A stretch of DNA of 64,000 nucleotides from Marinifilum sp. (GCA_020718065.1 DYDE01000005.1:1-64000); one strand, 5' to 3'. Counted from the stretch's first letter, positions 11,411 through 24,563 are shown. Numbers and translations are program-made. The notes: generated by a model not told the origin, from the letters alone.

Positions 11411-11929
11411 TTATCCGTTAAAAACTTTATTAAGACTTATGCCTCTAAGTTGAGCAACTGTAAAAGGATCTTTAAGTTGAATTAAAGCATCAATTGTCGC
11501 TTTAACAACACTATGAGGATTTGAAGAACCTTTTGATTTTGCTAATACATCTGTAACACCAACACTTTCTAAAACTGCACGCATCGCACCACCTGCAATA
11601 ACACCAGTACCATGAGCAGCAGGTTTAATAAATACCAATGCACCACTATATTTACCAAGTTGTTCGTGAGGAACTGTACCTTTAATAATTGGAACTTTGA
11701 TTAAATTTTTCTTTGCATCTTCAATTCCTTTAGAGATGGCAGTAGTTACTTCTTTTGCTTTTCCTAAACCATAACCAACAACACCATTTTCATTTCCAAC
11801 AACTACTATAGCAGAGAAACTAAATGTTCTACCACCTTTAGTAACTTTAGTTACTCTTTGAATGCTTACAAGTCTATCTTTAAACTCGATTTCGCTAGAT
11901 TTTACTCTTTTAACGTTTACGTTTGTCAT
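11411..11929 (-). CDS. rpsE: 30S ribosomal protein S5
   Basis: [21 protein letters not shown]... Confidence 0.97.
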   Translation of the reverse strand: MTNVNVKRVKSSEIEFKDRLVSIQRVTKVTKGGRTFSFSAIVVVGNENGVVGYGLGKAKEVTTAISKGIEDAKKNLIKVPIIKGTVPHEQLGKYSGALVFIKPAAHGTGVIAGGAMRAVLESVGVTDVLAKSKGSSNPHSVVKATIDALIQLKDPFTVAQLRGISLNKVFNG

Positions 11930-11935
11930 AATTTC

Positions 11936-12292
11936 TTAAAATTTTAATCCTCCTTCTCTAGCAGCATCTGCTAAAGATTTAACTCTACCATGATACAAAT
12001 ACCCGTTTCTATCAAAAACTACTGAATTAACACCAGCTTCTTTAGCACGTTCAGCTATTAACTTGCCCACTAATTTAGCCATTTCAGTTTTGTTTACAGT
12101 AGTAGAAACTACATCTTTAAGAATTGATGAAGCAGAAACCAAAGTTTTTCCATTTTTATCATCAATAATCTGTGCATAAATTTGCTTATTGCTTCTGAAA
12201 ACAGTTAATCTTGGAGCTTCTGAAGTTCCTTTAACTATTTTTCGGATTCTTTTTTTAATTCTTTCTCTTCTGAAATTTTTATTTATTGCCAT
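11936..12292 (-). CDS. rplR: 50S ribosomal protein L18
   Basis: [27 protein letters not shown]. Confidence 0.96.
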   Translation of the reverse strand: MAINKNFRRERIKKRIRKIVKGTSEAPRLTVFRSNKQIYAQIIDDKNGKTLVSASSILKDVVSTTVNKTEMAKLVGKLIAERAKEAGVNSVVFDRNGYLYHGRVKSLADAAREGGLKF

Positions 12293-12326
12293 CCTTATAA
12301 GGAATTATTAAAATTTGACATTAAAA

Positions 12327-12884
12327 TTATTTTGCGCTTGCAGATTTTCCTGCTTTTCTTCTTAATACTTCATTAGCAAATTTGATACCTTTGCCTTTGT
12401 ATGGTTCTGGTTTGCGTAAAGAACGTATCTTTGCCGCTACCTGACCTACTAATTGTTTATCTATTGAAGATAAAATAATTGTAGGGTTTTTACCTCTTTC
12501 GGTAATTGTTTCTACTTTTATTTCTTTAGGCAATTCAAACACATAATTATGAGAATAACCTAAAGTAAGTTCTAATAATTGACCATTATTAGATGCTTTG
12601 TATCCAACACCAACAAGTTCCTGAGTTATTTTATATCCAGTTGAAACACCAACTACCATATTATTAACTAAAGATCTATATAAACCATGAAGTGCTTTAT
12701 GTCTTTTATCTTCAGAATGACGCTCAACTGTGAGTATATCTTCTTCGATTTTAAAAGTAATAGATGGGTCAACTGTTTGTTTTAGTTCACCTAAAGCACC
12801 TTTTATTGTTACAATATTTTTGTCGCTCACATTAATTTGAACGCCTTTTGGTATCTGAATTGGTAATTTTCCTATCCTTGACAT
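12327..12884 (-). CDS. rplF: 50S ribosomal protein L6
   Basis: MSRIGKLPIQIPKGV... Confidence 0.96.
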   Translation of the reverse strand: MSRIGKLPIQIPKGVQINVSDKNIVTIKGALGELKQTVDPSITFKIEEDILTVERHSEDKRHKALHGLYRSLVNNMVVGVSTGYKITQELVGVGYKASNNGQLLELTLGYSHNYVFELPKEIKVETITERGKNPTIILSSIDKQLVGQVAAKIRSLRKPEPYKGKGIKFANEVLRRKAGKSASAK

Positions 12885-12900
12885 TTATATATTCCTCCAA

Positions 12901-13299
12901 TTAACTAATATAACATAATACTTCGCCACCAATTTTATGAGTTTTTGCTTCTTTATCAGTCATTACTCCTCTAGAAGTAGATAAAATAGCAATACCTAAA
13001 CCACTCAATACGCGGGGAAGTTTTTCAAAACCTACATATTTTCTTAAACCAGGTTTACTAATTCTTTCTAATTTAGAAATAGCACTTTGTTTAGAAACTG
13101 GATGATATTTTAAAGCAATCTTAATTTTACCCTGAATTACATCATCTTCAAATTTAAAATTCAAAATATATCCTTTGTCAAAAAGAATTTTAGTAATTTC
13201 CTTTTTTATATTTGAAGCAGGAATTTCTACTATTCTATGGTTAGCCATTACTGCATTACGTATTCTAGTTAAATAATCTGAAATTGGATCTGTAGTCAT
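12901..13299 (-). CDS. rpsH: 30S ribosomal protein S8
   Basis: [13 protein letters not shown]...GGEVLCYI. Confidence 0.96.
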   Translation of the reverse strand: MTTDPISDYLTRIRNAVMANHRIVEIPASNIKKEITKILFDKGYILNFKFEDDVIQGKIKIALKYHPVSKQSAISKLERISKPGLRKYVGFEKLPRVLSGLGIAILSTSRGVMTDKEAKTHKIGGEVLCYIS

Positions 13300-13332
13300 T
13301 TCTATCTATATATTATTTATTAAACTTTGTAT

Positions 13333-13602
13333 TTACCAACTTGCTTTAGTTACTCCTGGTATTAAACCATTTAATGCCATTTCTCTAAAATTGATACGAG
13401 AAACTCCGAATTGACGCATATAACCTTTAGGTCTTCCGGTAAGTTTACATCTATTGTGCAAACGAACAGGGCTTGCATTTTTAGGGATTTTTTGCAAAGC
13501 TAAATAATCACCTGCTGCTTTTAAAGCTTTACGTTTTACAGCATATCTGGCAACCATTTTTTGCCTTTTTACTTCTCTTGCTTTTATTGATTCTTTTGCC
13601 AT
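13333..13602 (-). CDS. rpsN: 30S ribosomal protein S14 (89 aa)
   Basis: [15 protein letters not shown]...[11 protein letters not shown]. The start was moved to the ATG at 13602. The longer ORF start at 13635 would overlap the end of rplE. Confidence 0.93.
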   Translation of the reverse strand: MAKESIKAREVKRQKMVARYAVKRKALKAAGDYLALQKIPKNASPVRLHNRCKLTGRPKGYMRQFGVSRINFREMALNGLIPGVTKASW

Positions 13603-13603
13603 A

Positions 13604-14161
13604 TTAGTTTTTCTGATTTTTAAATGGTAATCCAAATTCTTTTAAAAGTGCCAATGCTTCATTATCATTTGGAGCAGTTGTTACAATCGTTATATCCATT
13701 CCCATTAATTTATTAATTTTATCAATATTTATTTCTGGGAATATAATTTGTTCTGGAACACCAAGAGTATAATTTCCTTTTCCATCGAAACCTTTATCAT
13801 TAATGCCTCTAAAATCTCTAATACGAGGTAAAGCAACAGCTACAAGTCTATCAAGAAATTCATACATTTTATTACCTCTTAATGTAACTCTAACACCAAT
13901 TGGAACACCTTTTCTAAGTTTAAAATTAGAAATATCTTTTTTAGATTTAGTTGCAATGGGTTTTTGTCCACATATTTGGGTCATTTCTACAATAGCTGTA
14001 TCAATAAGTTTTTTATCGGCAGTAGCTAAACCAACGCCTTGATTAAGGCATATTTTTTGAATTTTTGGAACCTGCATAGCACTTTTATAACTAAATTGCT
14101 TTTTTAATGCAGGAATTATTTCGCTCTGATATTTGTCTTTTAATCTAGGTGAATAACTCAT
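13604..14161 (-). CDS. rplE: 50S ribosomal protein L5
   Basis: 185-aa uL5 homolog: [18 protein letters not shown]. Confidence 0.96.
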   Translation of the reverse strand: MSYSPRLKDKYQSEIIPALKKQFSYKSAMQVPKIQKICLNQGVGLATADKKLIDTAIVEMTQICGQKPIATKSKKDISNFKLRKGVPIGVRVTLRGNKMYEFLDRLVAVALPRIRDFRGINDKGFDGKGNYTLGVPEQIIFPEINIDKINKLMGMDITIVTTAPNDNEALALLKEFGLPFKNQKN

Positions 14162-14481
14162 TACTTAATTACCTCCCCTGTTTTTTTTGAATAACGAACT
14201 AATTTATTGTTTTTATCTAATTTTCTACCAATTTTTGTGGGTTTTCCAGTTGCGTCCACAACCATTAAGTTAGAAATATGAATAGGAGATTCTGTTTTAA
14301 TAATTCCTCCCTGAGGTGTTTTTGCTTTTGGCTTACTGTGTTTGGTAACAATATTGATTCCTTCTACAATTGCCTTATTTGCATCAACCAGAACTTCTAA
14401 AACTTTTCCTTGCTGACCTTTAGAATCACCTGCTAACACCTTAACGGTATCACCTTTCTTTACATGTAATTTGGATTGCAT
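14161..14481 (-). CDS. rplX: 50S ribosomal protein L24
   Basis: KOW motif [20 protein letters not shown]. The stop overlaps the rplE start by 1 nt. Confidence 0.96.
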   Translation of the reverse strand: MQSKLHVKKGDTVKVLAGDSKGQQGKVLEVLVDANKAIVEGINIVTKHSKPKAKTPQGGIIKTESPIHISNLMVVDATGKPTKIGRKLDKNNKLVRYSKKTGEVIK

Positions 14482-14500
14482 AATTCCTTTTTGTTAATCG

Positions 14501-14869
14501 TTATAGCACTTCAGGTGCTAATGAAATAATTTTCATAAATTGTTTTTCTCTTAACTCTCTGGCAACAGGACCAAAAATACGGGTTCCTCTCATTTCATCA
14601 ACCGGAGTTAGAAGTACAACAGCATTGTCATCAAAACGGATATAAGAACCATCGTTTCTTCTAATTTCTTTTGATGTTCTGACAACTACCGCTTTTGTAA
14701 CTGTTCCCTTTTTTATATTACCAGAAGGTAATGCATTTTTAACGGTAACAATAATTTTATCGCCCACTGAAGCGTATCTTTTTCTTGTCCCGCCTAATAC
14801 TTTAATACAAAGTACTTCTTTTGCGCCACTATTATCGGCTACCATCAATCGTGATTCTTGTTGTATCAT
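14501..14869 (-). CDS. rplN: 50S ribosomal protein L14
   Basis: [18 protein letters not shown]... Confidence 0.97.
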   Translation of the reverse strand: MIQQESRLMVADNSGAKEVLCIKVLGGTRKRYASVGDKIIVTVKNALPSGNIKKGTVTKAVVVRTSKEIRRNDGSYIRFDDNAVVLLTPVDEMRGTRIFGPVARELREKQFMKIISLAPEVL

Positions 14870-14871
14870 AA

Positions 14872-15129
14872 TTATTTAGCTCTTTCAATTATTTCAACTA
14901 ATCTCCAGCATTTATTTTTGCTCAATGGTCTGGTTTCCATGATACTTACAGTATCGCCGACATTGCACTCATTCTTTTCGTCGTGAGCCATGAATTTAGA
15001 AGTTCTATTTACAAACTTCCCATATTTCGGGTGTTTAATTTTTCTTTCTACAACAACTAAAATGGACTTATTCATTTTATTGCTGACAACAACACCAGTT
15101 TTTTGTTTTCTTAAGTTTCTACTTTCCAT
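14872..15129 (-). CDS. rpsQ: 30S ribosomal protein S17
   Basis: 85-aa uS17 homolog (KHPKYGKF..., WRLVEI). Confidence 0.95.
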   Translation of the reverse strand: MESRNLRKQKTGVVVSNKMNKSILVVVERKIKHPKYGKFVNRTSKFMAHDEKNECNVGDTVSIMETRPLSKNKCWRLVEIIERAK

Positions 15130-15143
15130 AATAAATCTATCAA

Positions 15144-15347
15144 CTATTTAGATTGTTCTTCGATTGTTCTTCTACGAAGTTCTGTATGCATACGTGCAAC
15201 ATTTTTTCTGAAACTCTTAATTTTCATTGGATTTTCAAGAGGAGACACTGCATGGTTAATTTTCATTTTAACCAATTGTTTTTTTTCTTCTTCTAATCTT
15301 TCACGAAGTTCATTCGTAGAAAGTTCTTTAACTATAGATTGTTTCAT
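15144..15347 (-). CDS. rpmC: 50S ribosomal protein L29
   Basis: 67-aa helical protein between rplP and rpsQ ([17 protein letters not shown]). Confidence 0.93.
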   Translation of the reverse strand: MKQSIVKELSTNELRERLEEEKKQLVKMKINHAVSPLENPMKIKSFRKNVARMHTELRRRTIEEQSK

Positions 15348-15355
15348 TTTCTTCT

Positions 15356-15784
15356 TTATATTGTTTCTTCAACATAATCTGTTCTAACTACAAATTTTGT
15401 ATGTACTGGAAGTTTTTGAGCTGCTAATCGTAAAGCTTCCTTTGCAATTTTTATATTAACACCTTCTGCCTCAAATAAAATTCTGCCTGGTGTAATTCTT
15501 GCAACAAAATATTCAGGAGCACCTTTACCTTTTCCCATACGTACTTCAGCTGGCTTTTTAGTAACTGGTTTATCAGGAAATACCCTTATCCATATTTGTC
15601 CTTCACGTTTCATATGACGGGTAAGTGCCTGACGAGCAGCTTCTATCTGTCTGCCAGTAAGCCAACATTGATCTAAAGTTTTTAATCCAAATGTGCCGAA
15701 TGAAAGTTGGCTGCCTCTTTTGGCGTTACCTTTCATTTTGCCTTTCTGCATTTTCCTATATTTGGTCTTTTTGGGCTGTAACAT
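15356..15784 (-). CDS. rplP: 50S ribosomal protein L16
   Basis: [11 protein letters not shown]...MGKGKGAPE. Confidence 0.97.
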   Translation of the reverse strand: MLQPKKTKYRKMQKGKMKGNAKRGSQLSFGTFGLKTLDQCWLTGRQIEAARQALTRHMKREGQIWIRVFPDKPVTKKPAEVRMGKGKGAPEYFVARITPGRILFEAEGVNIKIAKEALRLAAQKLPVHTKFVVRTDYVEETI

Positions 15785-15819
15785 TATACTTAATTTACTA
15801 ATTTATTATTCTCAATTAA

Positions 15820-16539
15820 TTACTTTCTTTTTTTCCCTTTGTTGAATTTTGGTTGTCCTGTACCAGCTATTGGTTTAAAAGCAGCTACTCCAATATTTGC
15901 AGACAAATCACGTTTTCCGTAAACTTCTCCTTTACAAATCCAAACTTTTACACCAATTCTACCATAAGTAGTATGTGCTTCAGCAGTTGCATAATCAATA
16001 TCAGCTCTTAATGTATGTAAAGGAGTTCTCCCTTCTTTATATTGTTCACTACGAGCCATTTCTGCCCCAGCTAATCTACCTGAAATTAAAACTTTAATAC
16101 CTTCGGCACCCATTCTAATTGTTGAAGCAATTGAAGTTTTTATAGCTCTTCTATATGAAATTCTACCTTCAATTTGTTTTGCAATTGTAGCTGCTACAAG
16201 AACTGCATCAACTTCAGGTCTTTTTATTTCAGAAATATTAATTTGTATTTCTTTACCTGTAATTTTCTTTAATTCTTCTTTTAATTTATCAACTTCTTGA
16301 CCAGCTTTACCAATAATAATACCAGGGCGGGCAGTATTGATAGTTACAGTAACTAATTTAAGTGTTCTTTCAATAATAATTTTTGAAATTCCTGCTTTAA
16401 TTAAACGGGCATTAAGATATTTTCTGATTTTATCATCTTCAACCAGTTTGCTTTCGTAATTTTTTCCACCATACCAACTTGAATCCCAACCTCTGATGAT
16501 ACCTAGCCTATTGCCTATTGGATTTGTTTTTTGTCCCAT
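15820..16539 (-). CDS. rpsC: 30S ribosomal protein S3
   Basis: [13 protein letters not shown]..., KH domain. Confidence 0.97.
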   Translation of the reverse strand: MGQKTNPIGNRLGIIRGWDSSWYGGKNYESKLVEDDKIRKYLNARLIKAGISKIIIERTLKLVTVTINTARPGIIIGKAGQEVDKLKEELKKITGKEIQINISEIKRPEVDAVLVAATIAKQIEGRISYRRAIKTSIASTIRMGAEGIKVLISGRLAGAEMARSEQYKEGRTPLHTLRADIDYATAEAHTTYGRIGVKVWICKGEVYGKRDLSANIGVAAFKPIAGTGQPKFNKGKKRK

Positions 16540-16547
16540 TTGGTAAA

Positions 16548-16955
16548 TTAATTTATATTTTGTTTTTTACTATCTAATATTAATGTAACGTGGTTAGAAC
16601 GTTTTCTGATTCTGTAACCTCTACCTTGAGGAGCAGTACGTAAACGTTTCAATTGTCTGCCACTATCTACAAATACTTCTTTTATATAAAGATTGCTATC
16701 TTCAATTCTAACGCCTTCATTTTTAAGTTGCCAATTAGAAATTGCAGATAATAAAAGTTTTTCTAATCTTTTTGAAGATTCTTTAGAACTAAACTTTAAA
16801 ATATTTAATGCTTTATCTACATTAACGCCTCTGATTATATCTGTCATTAACCTCATTTTTCTTGGTGAAGTTGGACAATTATTAAGCTTTGCAAAGTAGG
16901 TTTTCTTGCGAACCTCTTTTAATTCCTCTGCACTATTACGTTTTCTTATTCCCAT
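16548..16955 (-). CDS. rplV: 50S ribosomal protein L22
   Basis: uL22 homolog ([14 protein letters not shown]); operon position. Confidence 0.95.
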   Translation of the reverse strand: MGIRKRNSAEELKEVRKKTYFAKLNNCPTSPRKMRLMTDIIRGVNVDKALNILKFSSKESSKRLEKLLLSAISNWQLKNEGVRIEDSNLYIKEVFVDSGRQLKRLRTAPQGRGYRIRKRSNHVTLILDSKKQNIN

Positions 16956-16968
16956 TTTTCTTAATTAT

Positions 16969-17247
16969 TTATTTTGAAGCTTTATCTTTATTTCCAGCAT
17001 GACTTCTAAAGATTCTAGTTGGAGCAAACTCTCCTAATTTATGTCCTACCATATTTTCAGTTACATAAACAGGAATAAATTTATTTCCATTGTGTACTGC
17101 TATAGTTTGACCCACAAATTCAGGGGAAATCATTGAGTTTCTTGACCAAGTTTTTATAACAGTCTTTTTCTTAGAATCAGCTAGTTGTAAAACTTTTTTT
17201 TCTAATTTGTAATTAATGTATGGTCCTTTTTTTATTGAACGGCTCAT
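16969..17247 (-). CDS. rpsS: 30S ribosomal protein S19
   Basis: [10 protein letters not shown]...[11 protein letters not shown]. Confidence 0.97.
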   Translation of the reverse strand: MSRSIKKGPYINYKLEKKVLQLADSKKKTVIKTWSRNSMISPEFVGQTIAVHNGNKFIPVYVTENMVGHKLGEFAPTRIFRSHAGNKDKASK

Positions 17248-17253
17248 ATTATA

Positions 17254-18078
17254 TTATTTTTTTCTTCTTTCTATTATAAACTTATTGGACATTTTTTTCT
17301 TTGCTCTTGTTTTATATCCTTTAGCTGGTTTTCCTTTTCTGGTTCTAGGGTGACCTCCAGAAGATCTACCTTCTCCACCACCCATTGGATGATCCACAGG
17401 ATTCATAACAACGCCTCTGTTTCTTGGACGACGACCTAACCATCTTGTTCTACCTGCTTTACCAGATACCTCTAATGCATGATCTGGATTAGAAACTGAA
17501 CCTATTGTAGCTTTACATGTTATTAATACCATTCTAGTTTCTCCTGATGGCATCTTTAAAGTAGCATATTTCCCATCTCTAGACATTAATTGCGCGAATG
17601 AACCAGCACTTCTTGCCAAACATGCACCTTCACCTGGGCGAAGTTCAATATTGTGAATTGTAGTACCTAAAGGTATTTCACCTAAATACATGCTGTTTCC
17701 AATTTCTGGAACAATACCTTTTCCTGATAAAACAGTTTGTCCAACTTTTAATCCATGAGGAGCAATAATATACCTCTTCTCACCATCAGTATAACAAACC
17801 AAAGCAATTCTTGCTGTTCTATTGGGATCGTATTCAATTGTTTTAACAATAGCAGGAATACCTTCTTTATTTCTTTTAAAATCAATTATACGATACATTT
17901 GCTTATGACCACCACCTAAATATCGCATAGTCATTTTGCCTGTATTATTTCTACCGCCTGATTTACTTTTTGAAATCAATAAACTCTTTTCTGGTTTTGA
18001 GGCAGTAATCTCATCAAACGCACAAACTATTTTAAAGCGTTGACTAGATGTTGTCGGTTTTAGTTTCTTTAAAGCCAT
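17254..18078 (-). CDS. rplB: 50S ribosomal protein L2
   Basis: [21 protein letters not shown]. Confidence 0.97.
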   Translation of the reverse strand: MALKKLKPTTSSQRFKIVCAFDEITASKPEKSLLISKSKSGGRNNTGKMTMRYLGGGHKQMYRIIDFKRNKEGIPAIVKTIEYDPNRTARIALVCYTDGEKRYIIAPHGLKVGQTVLSGKGIVPEIGNSMYLGEIPLGTTIHNIELRPGEGACLARSAGSFAQLMSRDGKYATLKMPSGETRMVLITCKATIGSVSNPDHALEVSGKAGRTRWLGRRPRNRGVVMNPVDHPMGGGEGRSSGGHPRTRKGKPAKGYKTRAKKKMSNKFIIERRKK

Positions 18079-18082
18079 TTAT

Positions 18083-18373
18083 TTAAATATTGCTATAAAA
18101 ATCAATCATTTCACCTTTTGCTAACGTAACAAAAGCTTTCTTTATAGAGTTAGTTTTTCCAGTAACTAGTCCTTTTTTAGTATTTCTGGATTTAAATTTG
18201 CCTGCATAGTTAGTTGTATTTACAGCAACAACATTTACCCCATACATTTCTTCTACAGCCTTTTTTATCTGCAGTTTATTAACCTTTCTATCAACAACAA
18301 ATCCATAACGAGAATATTTCTCGGTCATGCTTGTCATTTTTTCGGTTATAATCGGTTTTACTAGTATGCTCAT
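18083..18373 (-). CDS. rplW: 50S ribosomal protein L23
   Basis: 96-aa uL23 homolog (KPIITEKM...); operon position. Confidence 0.94.
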   Translation of the reverse strand: MSILVKPIITEKMTSMTEKYSRYGFVVDRKVNKLQIKKAVEEMYGVNVVAVNTTNYAGKFKSRNTKKGLVTGKTNSIKKAFVTLAKGEMIDFYSNI

Positions 18374-18428
18374 TTTATATATTTATTGATTTTTCAGTTA
18401 AATTTAATCATTAAACCTCTGAAAATCT

Positions 18429-19061
18429 TTAATTTTCTACAAAAGTTTTCTCTAATTCTTTTATTGAACTCTCCACAAAAATCAAATTCGTTGCGTTTAA
18501 AATGTCGTAAGTATTTATTTTTAAAGCATTTACGACTTTGGAATTTTTTAAATTTCGGGAGGACAAATATACATTTTTATTTGATTCGCAAAGCACTAAT
18601 AATGTTTTTTTATCAGAAAGTTTAAAATTATTAAGCAAATCAATAAAATTCTTTGTTTTAGGAGTATCAAAATTAAAATCTTCAACAACTATAATATTAT
18701 TACCTGTTGCTTTATATGATAATGCAGATTTCCTAGCAAGTCTCTTTAATTTTTTATTTAATTTAAAATTATAATCTCTCGGGCGAGGACCAAAAGCTCT
18801 ACCACCGCCTTTTAACAGAGGAGAATTGATATCACCGATTCTTGCTCCACCTGTACCTTTTTGTTTTTTTAACTTTTTGGTACTACCAGAACTTTCAGAT
18901 CTTTCTTTTGCTTTGTGAGTGCCTTGCCTTTGATTTGCCATATATTGCTTTACATCCAAATATATAGCATGATCATTAGGTTCAACTCCAAAAATGTCAT
19001 CTTGTAACATAACTTTTTTAGCAGTTTTGCTACCATTTATATTATATACTTCTACTTCCAT
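18429..19061 (-). CDS. rplD: 50S ribosomal protein L4
   Basis: [28 protein letters not shown]. Confidence 0.96.
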   Translation of the reverse strand: MEVEVYNINGSKTAKKVMLQDDIFGVEPNDHAIYLDVKQYMANQRQGTHKAKERSESSGSTKKLKKQKGTGGARIGDINSPLLKGGGRAFGPRPRDYNFKLNKKLKRLARKSALSYKATGNNIIVVEDFNFDTPKTKNFIDLLNNFKLSDKKTLLVLCESNKNVYLSSRNLKNSKVVNALKINTYDILNATNLIFVESSIKELEKTFVEN

Positions 19062-19681
19062 CTTTCTAAAATTAAATATGAACCTTTATGACCTGGAACA
19101 GATCCTTTTACTATAATAATATTTTTTTCGGGTATTATCTTTAATACTTGCAAATTAATAATTTTAATCCTATCAGTACCCATTCTTCCGGCCATACGTA
19201 ATCCTTTAAATACTCTTGATGGGTATGAAGATGCGCCAACAGAACCAGGAGCTCTCAATCTGTTATGTTGTCCATGAGTTTTTTCTCCAACACCTTGAAA
19301 ATTGTGGCGACGAACTACTCCCTGAAACCCTTTACCTTTTGAAATTCCAACTACATCGATATATTCACCTTCAATAAAAACATCAGTTTTAAGAATATCG
19401 CCATAGTTTTTTCTATGATCAGCTTCAAACCTTGTAAATTCTGCTACCATTTTCTTTGGCGTTGTATTAGCTTTTGCAAAATGGCCTTTTAAGGCAGCAG
19501 TAGTATGCTTTTCTTTCTTTTCATCGAAAGAAAGCTGGATGGCTTCGTAGCCATCTTTCTCAATTGTTCTAACTTGTGTTACAACACAAGGACCAGCTTC
19601 TATCACTGTGCATGGTAAATTTTTCCCAGAGGCATCATAAATACTGGTCATTCCGATTTTTTTTCCAATAAGTCCTGACAT
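19052..19681 (-). CDS. rplC: 50S ribosomal protein L3
   Basis: [15 protein letters not shown]...[13 protein letters not shown]. The 3' end overlaps the rplD start by 10 nt. Confidence 0.96.
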   Translation of the reverse strand: MSGLIGKKIGMTSIYDASGKNLPCTVIEAGPCVVTQVRTIEKDGYEAIQLSFDEKKEKHTTAALKGHFAKANTTPKKMVAEFTRFEADHRKNYGDILKTDVFIEGEYIDVVGISKGKGFQGVVRRHNFQGVGEKTHGQHNRLRAPGSVGASSYPSRVFKGLRMAGRMGTDRIKIINLQVLKIIPEKNIIIVKGSVPGHKGSYLILERWK

Positions 19682-19722
19682 TTCTTTTTTATTTTATTAT
19701 TAATAGGTATAGATTAAACAAA

Positions 19723-20028
19723 TCAAACTTTGATTTCTACTTCTACCCCACTTGGCAATTCAAGCTTCATTAATGCTTCAACAGTTTTTGCAGTTGAACT
19801 GTAAATATCAATTAACCTTTTATAGGAGCATAATTGAAATTGCTCTCTTGATTTTTTGTTTACAAATGTTGATCTTAAAACAGTAAAAATTTTCTTGTTT
19901 GTTGGTAATGGAATTGGTCCACTTACAACAGCTCCTGTTGATTTAACAGTTTTTACAATTTTTTCTGCTGACTTATCAACTAAATTGTAATCGTAAGATT
20001 TTAATTTAATTCTAATTTTTTGGTTCAC
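19723..20028 (-). CDS. rpsJ: 30S ribosomal protein S10
   Basis: [21 protein letters not shown]. Confidence 0.97.
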   Translation of the reverse strand: MNQKIRIKLKSYDYNLVDKSAEKIVKTVKSTGAVVSGPIPLPTNKKIFTVLRSTFVNKKSREQFQLCSYKRLIDIYSSTAKTVEALMKLELPSGVEVEIKV

Positions 20029-20059
20029 GATATCACAATTTTGAAATTAAATAATATTT

Positions 20060-22165
20060 TTAATATTGAACTTTTATTCCTTTTATTTTATATAATACTT
20101 CTTCTGTTACATTTTTAGGTGCTTCAGTATAATGCGAAAATTCCATATTTGATGTTGCTCTACCTGAAGAAGACGATCTTAAATCAGTAACATATCCAAA
20201 CATTTCTGATAAAGGTACTTTTGCTTTGATAATTTGAGTATTCATTTTTGCAGTTACACCCTCTAAATGTCCTCTTCTTCTGTTAACATCTCCAATAACC
20301 TCACCCATATATTCTTCTGGTGTTTGAATTTCCAATTTCATAATTGGTTCCAATAAAATTGGTTTTGCCTTCTTACATGCTTCTTTAAAAGCAAGACGTG
20401 CAGCTATTTCAAAAGATAATGAGTCAGAATCAACCGAATGAAAAGAACCGTCAATTAATCTAACTTTCAGTCCTACCATTGGATAACCTGCTAAAACTCC
20501 ATTTTGTATTGCTAATTTAAATCCTTTTTCTACAGATGGGATAAATTCTCTAGGAATATTACCGCCTTTTACCTCATCTAAAAATTGCAAACCAGCTTTA
20601 CCCTCATCATTTGGAGATACAATAACAACTATATCTGCAAATTTACCTCTTCCTCCACTTTGCTTTTTATATACTTCTCTATGTTGAATTGTAGTAGTAA
20701 TTGCTTCATTGTAAGAAACCTGAGGAGCTCCCTGATTGCACTCAACGTTAAATTCACGTCTTAATCTATCAACTAATATCTCAAGATGTAATTCCCCCAT
20801 TCCACTAATAATAGTTTGCCCAGAATCTTCATCAGTTCTTACTTTAAAAGTAGGATCTTCTTCTGATAATTTAATTAAAGCATTTATTAATTTATCAATA
20901 TCAGCTTGTGTTTTAGGTTCTATAGCAACTGAAATTACAGGTTCAGGAAAAGACATTGACTCTAAAACAATTGGATGTTTTTCATCACACAAAGTATCGC
21001 CAGTTCTTATATCTTTAAAACCAATAGCAGCACCTATATCGCCAGCTTCTATTTCTTCTAATGGGTTTTGTTTGTTTGCATGCATTTGCACTATTCGTGA
21101 AATGCGTTCTTTTTTATTAGTATTTGAATTTAAAACATATGATCCAGATTTCAATGTTCCAGAATAAACTCTAAAAAAAGCTATTCTTCCAACATATGGA
21201 TCAGTTGCTATTTTAAATGCTAAAGCAGCAAAATGTTCATTTGATAATGCATTTCTTTCTTCTTCCTTTTCAGTATAAGGATTAATACCTTTTATTGCAG
21301 GAACATCTAATGGATTTGGCAAAAATTCAATGATTACATCTAATAATTTCTGTACTCCTTTATTTTTAAAGGATGCACCACATAAGACAGGCGTAATACG
21401 CATTTCTAATGTAGCTTTTCTTATTGCATATATTATTTCTTCTTCGGAGATAGAAGAAGGATCGTTCATGAATTTTGTTAACAGTTCATCACTTTCTTCA
21501 GCAGTACCTTCAATAAGTTTTGTCCTATATTCATTAACAACCTCTATAAGATCATTTGGAACTGGAATCTCGAAGAACTCCATTCCTGCAGAAGTCATAT
21601 CCCATTCATACGCTTTATTGGCAATAAGATCAACAACACCTCTGAAATTTTCTTCGTAACCAATAGGAATTTGAATAGGAATAGGATTAGCTCCTAATCT
21701 TTGTTTAATTTGAGTAACAACACTAAAAAAATCAGCACCAGCTCTATCCATTTTGTTAATAAAACAAATACGAGGTACACCATATTTATCAGCTTGCCTC
21801 CAAACAGTTTCAGATTGAGGCTCTACACCACCAACAGCACAAAATAATGCCACTGCACCATCAAGTACACGTAAAGATCTTTCAACTTCAACTGTGAAAT
21901 CGACATGACCTGGTGTATCTATTATATTTATTTTATATTGTTCGTTTTTATATTTCCAGTAAGTAGTAGTAGCTGCAGAAGTAATTGTAATACCTCTTTC
22001 CTGCTCTTGAATCATCCAATCCATTGTAGCAGTGCCATCATGTACTTCCCCAATTTTATAATTAATACCAGTATAATATAATATACGCTCAGTAGTTGTG
22101 GTTTTACCCGCATCTATATGAGCCATAATGCCTATATTTCTTGTATATTTTAAATCTCTTGACAT
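20060..22165 (-). CDS. fusA: Elongation factor G
   Basis: 701 aa. GTPase motifs [27 protein letters not shown]. Confidence 0.98.
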   Translation of the reverse strand: MSRDLKYTRNIGIMAHIDAGKTTTTERILYYTGINYKIGEVHDGTATMDWMIQEQERGITITSAATTTYWKYKNEQYKINIIDTPGHVDFTVEVERSLRVLDGAVALFCAVGGVEPQSETVWRQADKYGVPRICFINKMDRAGADFFSVVTQIKQRLGANPIPIQIPIGYEENFRGVVDLIANKAYEWDMTSAGMEFFEIPVPNDLIEVVNEYRTKLIEGTAEESDELLTKFMNDPSSISEEEIIYAIRKATLEMRITPVLCGASFKNKGVQKLLDVIIEFLPNPLDVPAIKGINPYTEKEEERNALSNEHFAALAFKIATDPYVGRIAFFRVYSGTLKSGSYVLNSNTNKKERISRIVQMHANKQNPLEEIEAGDIGAAIGFKDIRTGDTLCDEKHPIVLESMSFPEPVISVAIEPKTQADIDKLINALIKLSEEDPTFKVRTDEDSGQTIISGMGELHLEILVDRLRREFNVECNQGAPQVSYNEAITTTIQHREVYKKQSGGRGKFADIVVIVSPNDEGKAGLQFLDEVKGGNIPREFIPSVEKGFKLAIQNGVLAGYPMVGLKVRLIDGSFHSVDSDSLSFEIAARLAFKEACKKAKPILLEPIMKLEIQTPEEYMGEVIGDVNRRRGHLEGVTAKMNTQIIKAKVPLSEMFGYVTDLRSSSSGRATSNMEFSHYTEAPKNVTEEVLYKIKGIKVQY

Positions 22166-22192
22166 TAATATTATATTATTTCAAATTATTAA

Positions 22193-22660
22193 TTAAAATC
22201 TAAAATGCGAGAATGCTTTGTTAGCATCAGCCATTCTATGAGTATCTTCTTTTCTTTTAAAAGCAGCACCTTCTTCTTTAGCAGCAGCTAAAATTTCACC
22301 AGCTAACTTTTGACTCATTGATTTTTCGTGACGTTTACGTGCAAAATTTATAAGTGCCTTTATTCCTATTGAGCTTTTACGTTCTGGTCTAATTTCTGAA
22401 GGTATTTGAAAAGTTGCTCCTCCAATTCTTCTACTTCTAACTTCAACAGAAGGTGTAACATTTACAAGTGCTTTTTTCCACAATTCAAGACCATTCTCAC
22501 CTGATTTTTCGGCAACAGTATCAATAGCATCATAAAAAATTTTATATGAAGCATTTTTCTTACCTCTTTCCATCAAGTTGTTTACAAACTTCGTAACCAA
22601 AACATCATTAAATTTTGGGTCTGGAAGAATTATTCTTTTTTTTGGTGTTGATTTCCTCAT
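22193..22660 (-). CDS. rpsG: 30S ribosomal protein S7
   Basis: 155-aa uS7 homolog ([15 protein letters not shown]...). Confidence 0.97.
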   Translation of the reverse strand: MRKSTPKKRIILPDPKFNDVLVTKFVNNLMERGKKNASYKIFYDAIDTVAEKSGENGLELWKKALVNVTPSVEVRSRRIGGATFQIPSEIRPERKSSIGIKALINFARKRHEKSMSQKLAGEILAAAKEEGAAFKRKEDTHRMADANKAFSHFRF

Positions 22661-22707
22661 TGTTTAAATGATTTAAAACCTTATATATTATTATAAAATA
22701 TTATTAA

Positions 22708-23097
22708 TTATTTAGCTGGAGTTTTTGCTTTTGGTTTTTTAGTTCCATATTTCGATCTCCTTTGATTTCTACCATCAACTCCTGAAGTATCAAGAGCCCC
22801 ACGAATTATATGATACCTAACCCCTGGTAAATCTTTTACTCTGCCTCCTCTAATCATAACTATAGAGTGTTCTTGGAGATTATGACCTTCACCTGGTATA
22901 TAAGTATTGACTTCTTTTCCATTTGTTAAACGAACTCTTGCTACTTTTCTCATAGCAGAATTTGGTTTTTTTGGAGTTGTTGTATAAACCCTAACACATA
23001 CCCCACGTCTTTGTGGACAAGAATCTAATGCTGGTGATTTACTTTTGTCTGTTAATTTTGTACGCCCTTTGCGAACCAATTGTTGTATAGTAGGCAT
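22708..23097 (-). CDS. rpsL: 30S ribosomal protein S12
   Basis: [12 protein letters not shown]...[11 protein letters not shown]. Confidence 0.98.
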   Translation of the reverse strand: MPTIQQLVRKGRTKLTDKSKSPALDSCPQRRGVCVRVYTTTPKKPNSAMRKVARVRLTNGKEVNTYIPGEGHNLQEHSIVMIRGGRVKDLPGVRYHIIRGALDTSGVDGRNQRRSKYGTKKPKAKTPAK

Positions 23098-23165
23098 AAT
23101 TATTGTTTTTTTATTAACTACTTAAATTAAAAAAATAAAAAAATCCCTTCATATTTTAGGGAGTG

Positions 23166-23173
23166 CAAAGGTA
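23166..23173 (-). promoter_or_regulatory. Candidate -7 box (TACCTTTG) for the str/S10/spc/alpha cluster
   Basis: Plus-strand caaaggta is TACCTTTG on the minus strand and matches TAnnTTTG. It lies ~70 nt upstream of the rpsL ATG. Confidence 0.45.
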
Positions 23174-23250
23174 AAACTTAATTTCATAATACCAATAAGT
23201 TATTAAAAAAAAATGCATTTTTTTTTAATAATTTTTTAAAAGCATTGATT

Positions 23251-24429
23251 TTAAACAAGTTTTTTGAATTTATAAAATGCAAAATATACTGCAACAAAAA
23301 AAACACCTATACCTGAACAAACGAGAGCAACAATAGGATTGAAAGTAAACCAAAGAAAACCAGTTATACTACTTGCAAATAGGGTAAATAAGCTTGCAAA
23401 ACTTGTATAAAAACCTATTGCTGTTGCTGTATCTTCTTTAGCACAAATATTACTTATCCATGCCTTGGAGATTCCTTCTGTTGACGCAGCATAAACCGCA
23501 TAAAGAGTAAATAAAATCAAAAATACCCAAATATTATCCACAAAACCAAAGGAAATATATACTATTGAAAAAACAAACAATCCAGCAATAAGAACTTTTT
23601 TCATTCCGATTTTATCAGCCACTATTCCTATAGGAAATGAAATTAGAGCATATACAAGATTATAAAAAATGTAAACCGCTATCATTGCAGTATCTGATAA
23701 GCCATTATTTTTCAATGCAAGTAATAGAAAAACATCTGAACTATTAAATAAAGTAAACGCAAGCAATCCTATTATTAGTTGCTTATATAACCTATTGGAT
23801 TTTTTCCAATAATTAATAAAAGAAAAGAAACCTAATTGATTTACTTTAAGTTTAGGGGGATTTATTTTTTCCTTAATTAAAAAAGTGATACTTATAGCAA
23901 TTAGACCTGGAATAAATGCAATAATAAAAAGCAATCTATAGCAACCTGGGTAAAAGTATAGAAAAATCAAGGCAGCTAAAGGACCGATAGCCGCACCTAT
24001 AGTATCCAATGAACGATGAAATCCAAATACTTTTGCTTTATTTTCTTTAGTTGATTCATCACTAAGTATAGCATCTCTTGCACCTGTACGAATGCCTTTT
24101 CCCAAACGATCTATTGTTCTTGCAAAAAATATCCATACCGGAAAAACAAATATTGCCATCATCGGTTTAGAAATTGCACTTAACAAATAACCCCATTGAA
24201 CAAATGGAAGTCGTCTGCCCTTTGCGTCCGATAATTTACCAAAATACCCTTTGCTAAGACCCGCTGTTGCTTCAGCAATTCCCTCGAGAATACCTATAAG
24301 CAAAACTGAAAATCCAATTGATTTCAAAAAAATCGGCATTACGGGATAAAGCATTTCGCTTGCAACATCAGTAAATAAACTTACAAGTGAAATAAGTAAT
24401 ATTGTTTTTGTTATTATTCTTTTCTTCAT
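23251..24429 (-). CDS. MFS transporter
   Basis: 392 aa, ~12 predicted TM helices. GKLSDAKGRR loop typical of MFS motif A. Confidence 0.8.
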   Translation of the reverse strand: MKKRIITKTILLISLVSLFTDVASEMLYPVMPIFLKSIGFSVLLIGILEGIAEATAGLSKGYFGKLSDAKGRRLPFVQWGYLLSAISKPMMAIFVFPVWIFFARTIDRLGKGIRTGARDAILSDESTKENKAKVFGFHRSLDTIGAAIGPLAALIFLYFYPGCYRLLFIIAFIPGLIAISITFLIKEKINPPKLKVNQLGFFSFINYWKKSNRLYKQLIIGLLAFTLFNSSDVFLLLALKNNGLSDTAMIAVYIFYNLVYALISFPIGIVADKIGMKKVLIAGLFVFSIVYISFGFVDNIWVFLILFTLYAVYAASTEGISKAWISNICAKEDTATAIGFYTSFASLFTLFASSITGFLWFTFNPIVALVCSGIGVFFVAVYFAFYKFKKLV

Positions 24430-24446
24430 TTAAAATTATAAAAGTG

Positions 24447-24454
24447 CAAAGATA
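24447..24454 (-). promoter_or_regulatory. Candidate -7 box (TATCTTTG) for the MFS gene
   Basis: Plus-strand caaagata, 18 nt upstream of the ATG at 24429. Confidence 0.4.
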
Positions 24455-24563
24455 ATCTTCTGGAAATTTTAACTCCAATAATATTATTGTATTAAATTTA
24501 TTTTTGATTTGGCATAATAATTGGTTTCATAAAATCAAAGAAAAAATAAAAGGAGGACATACT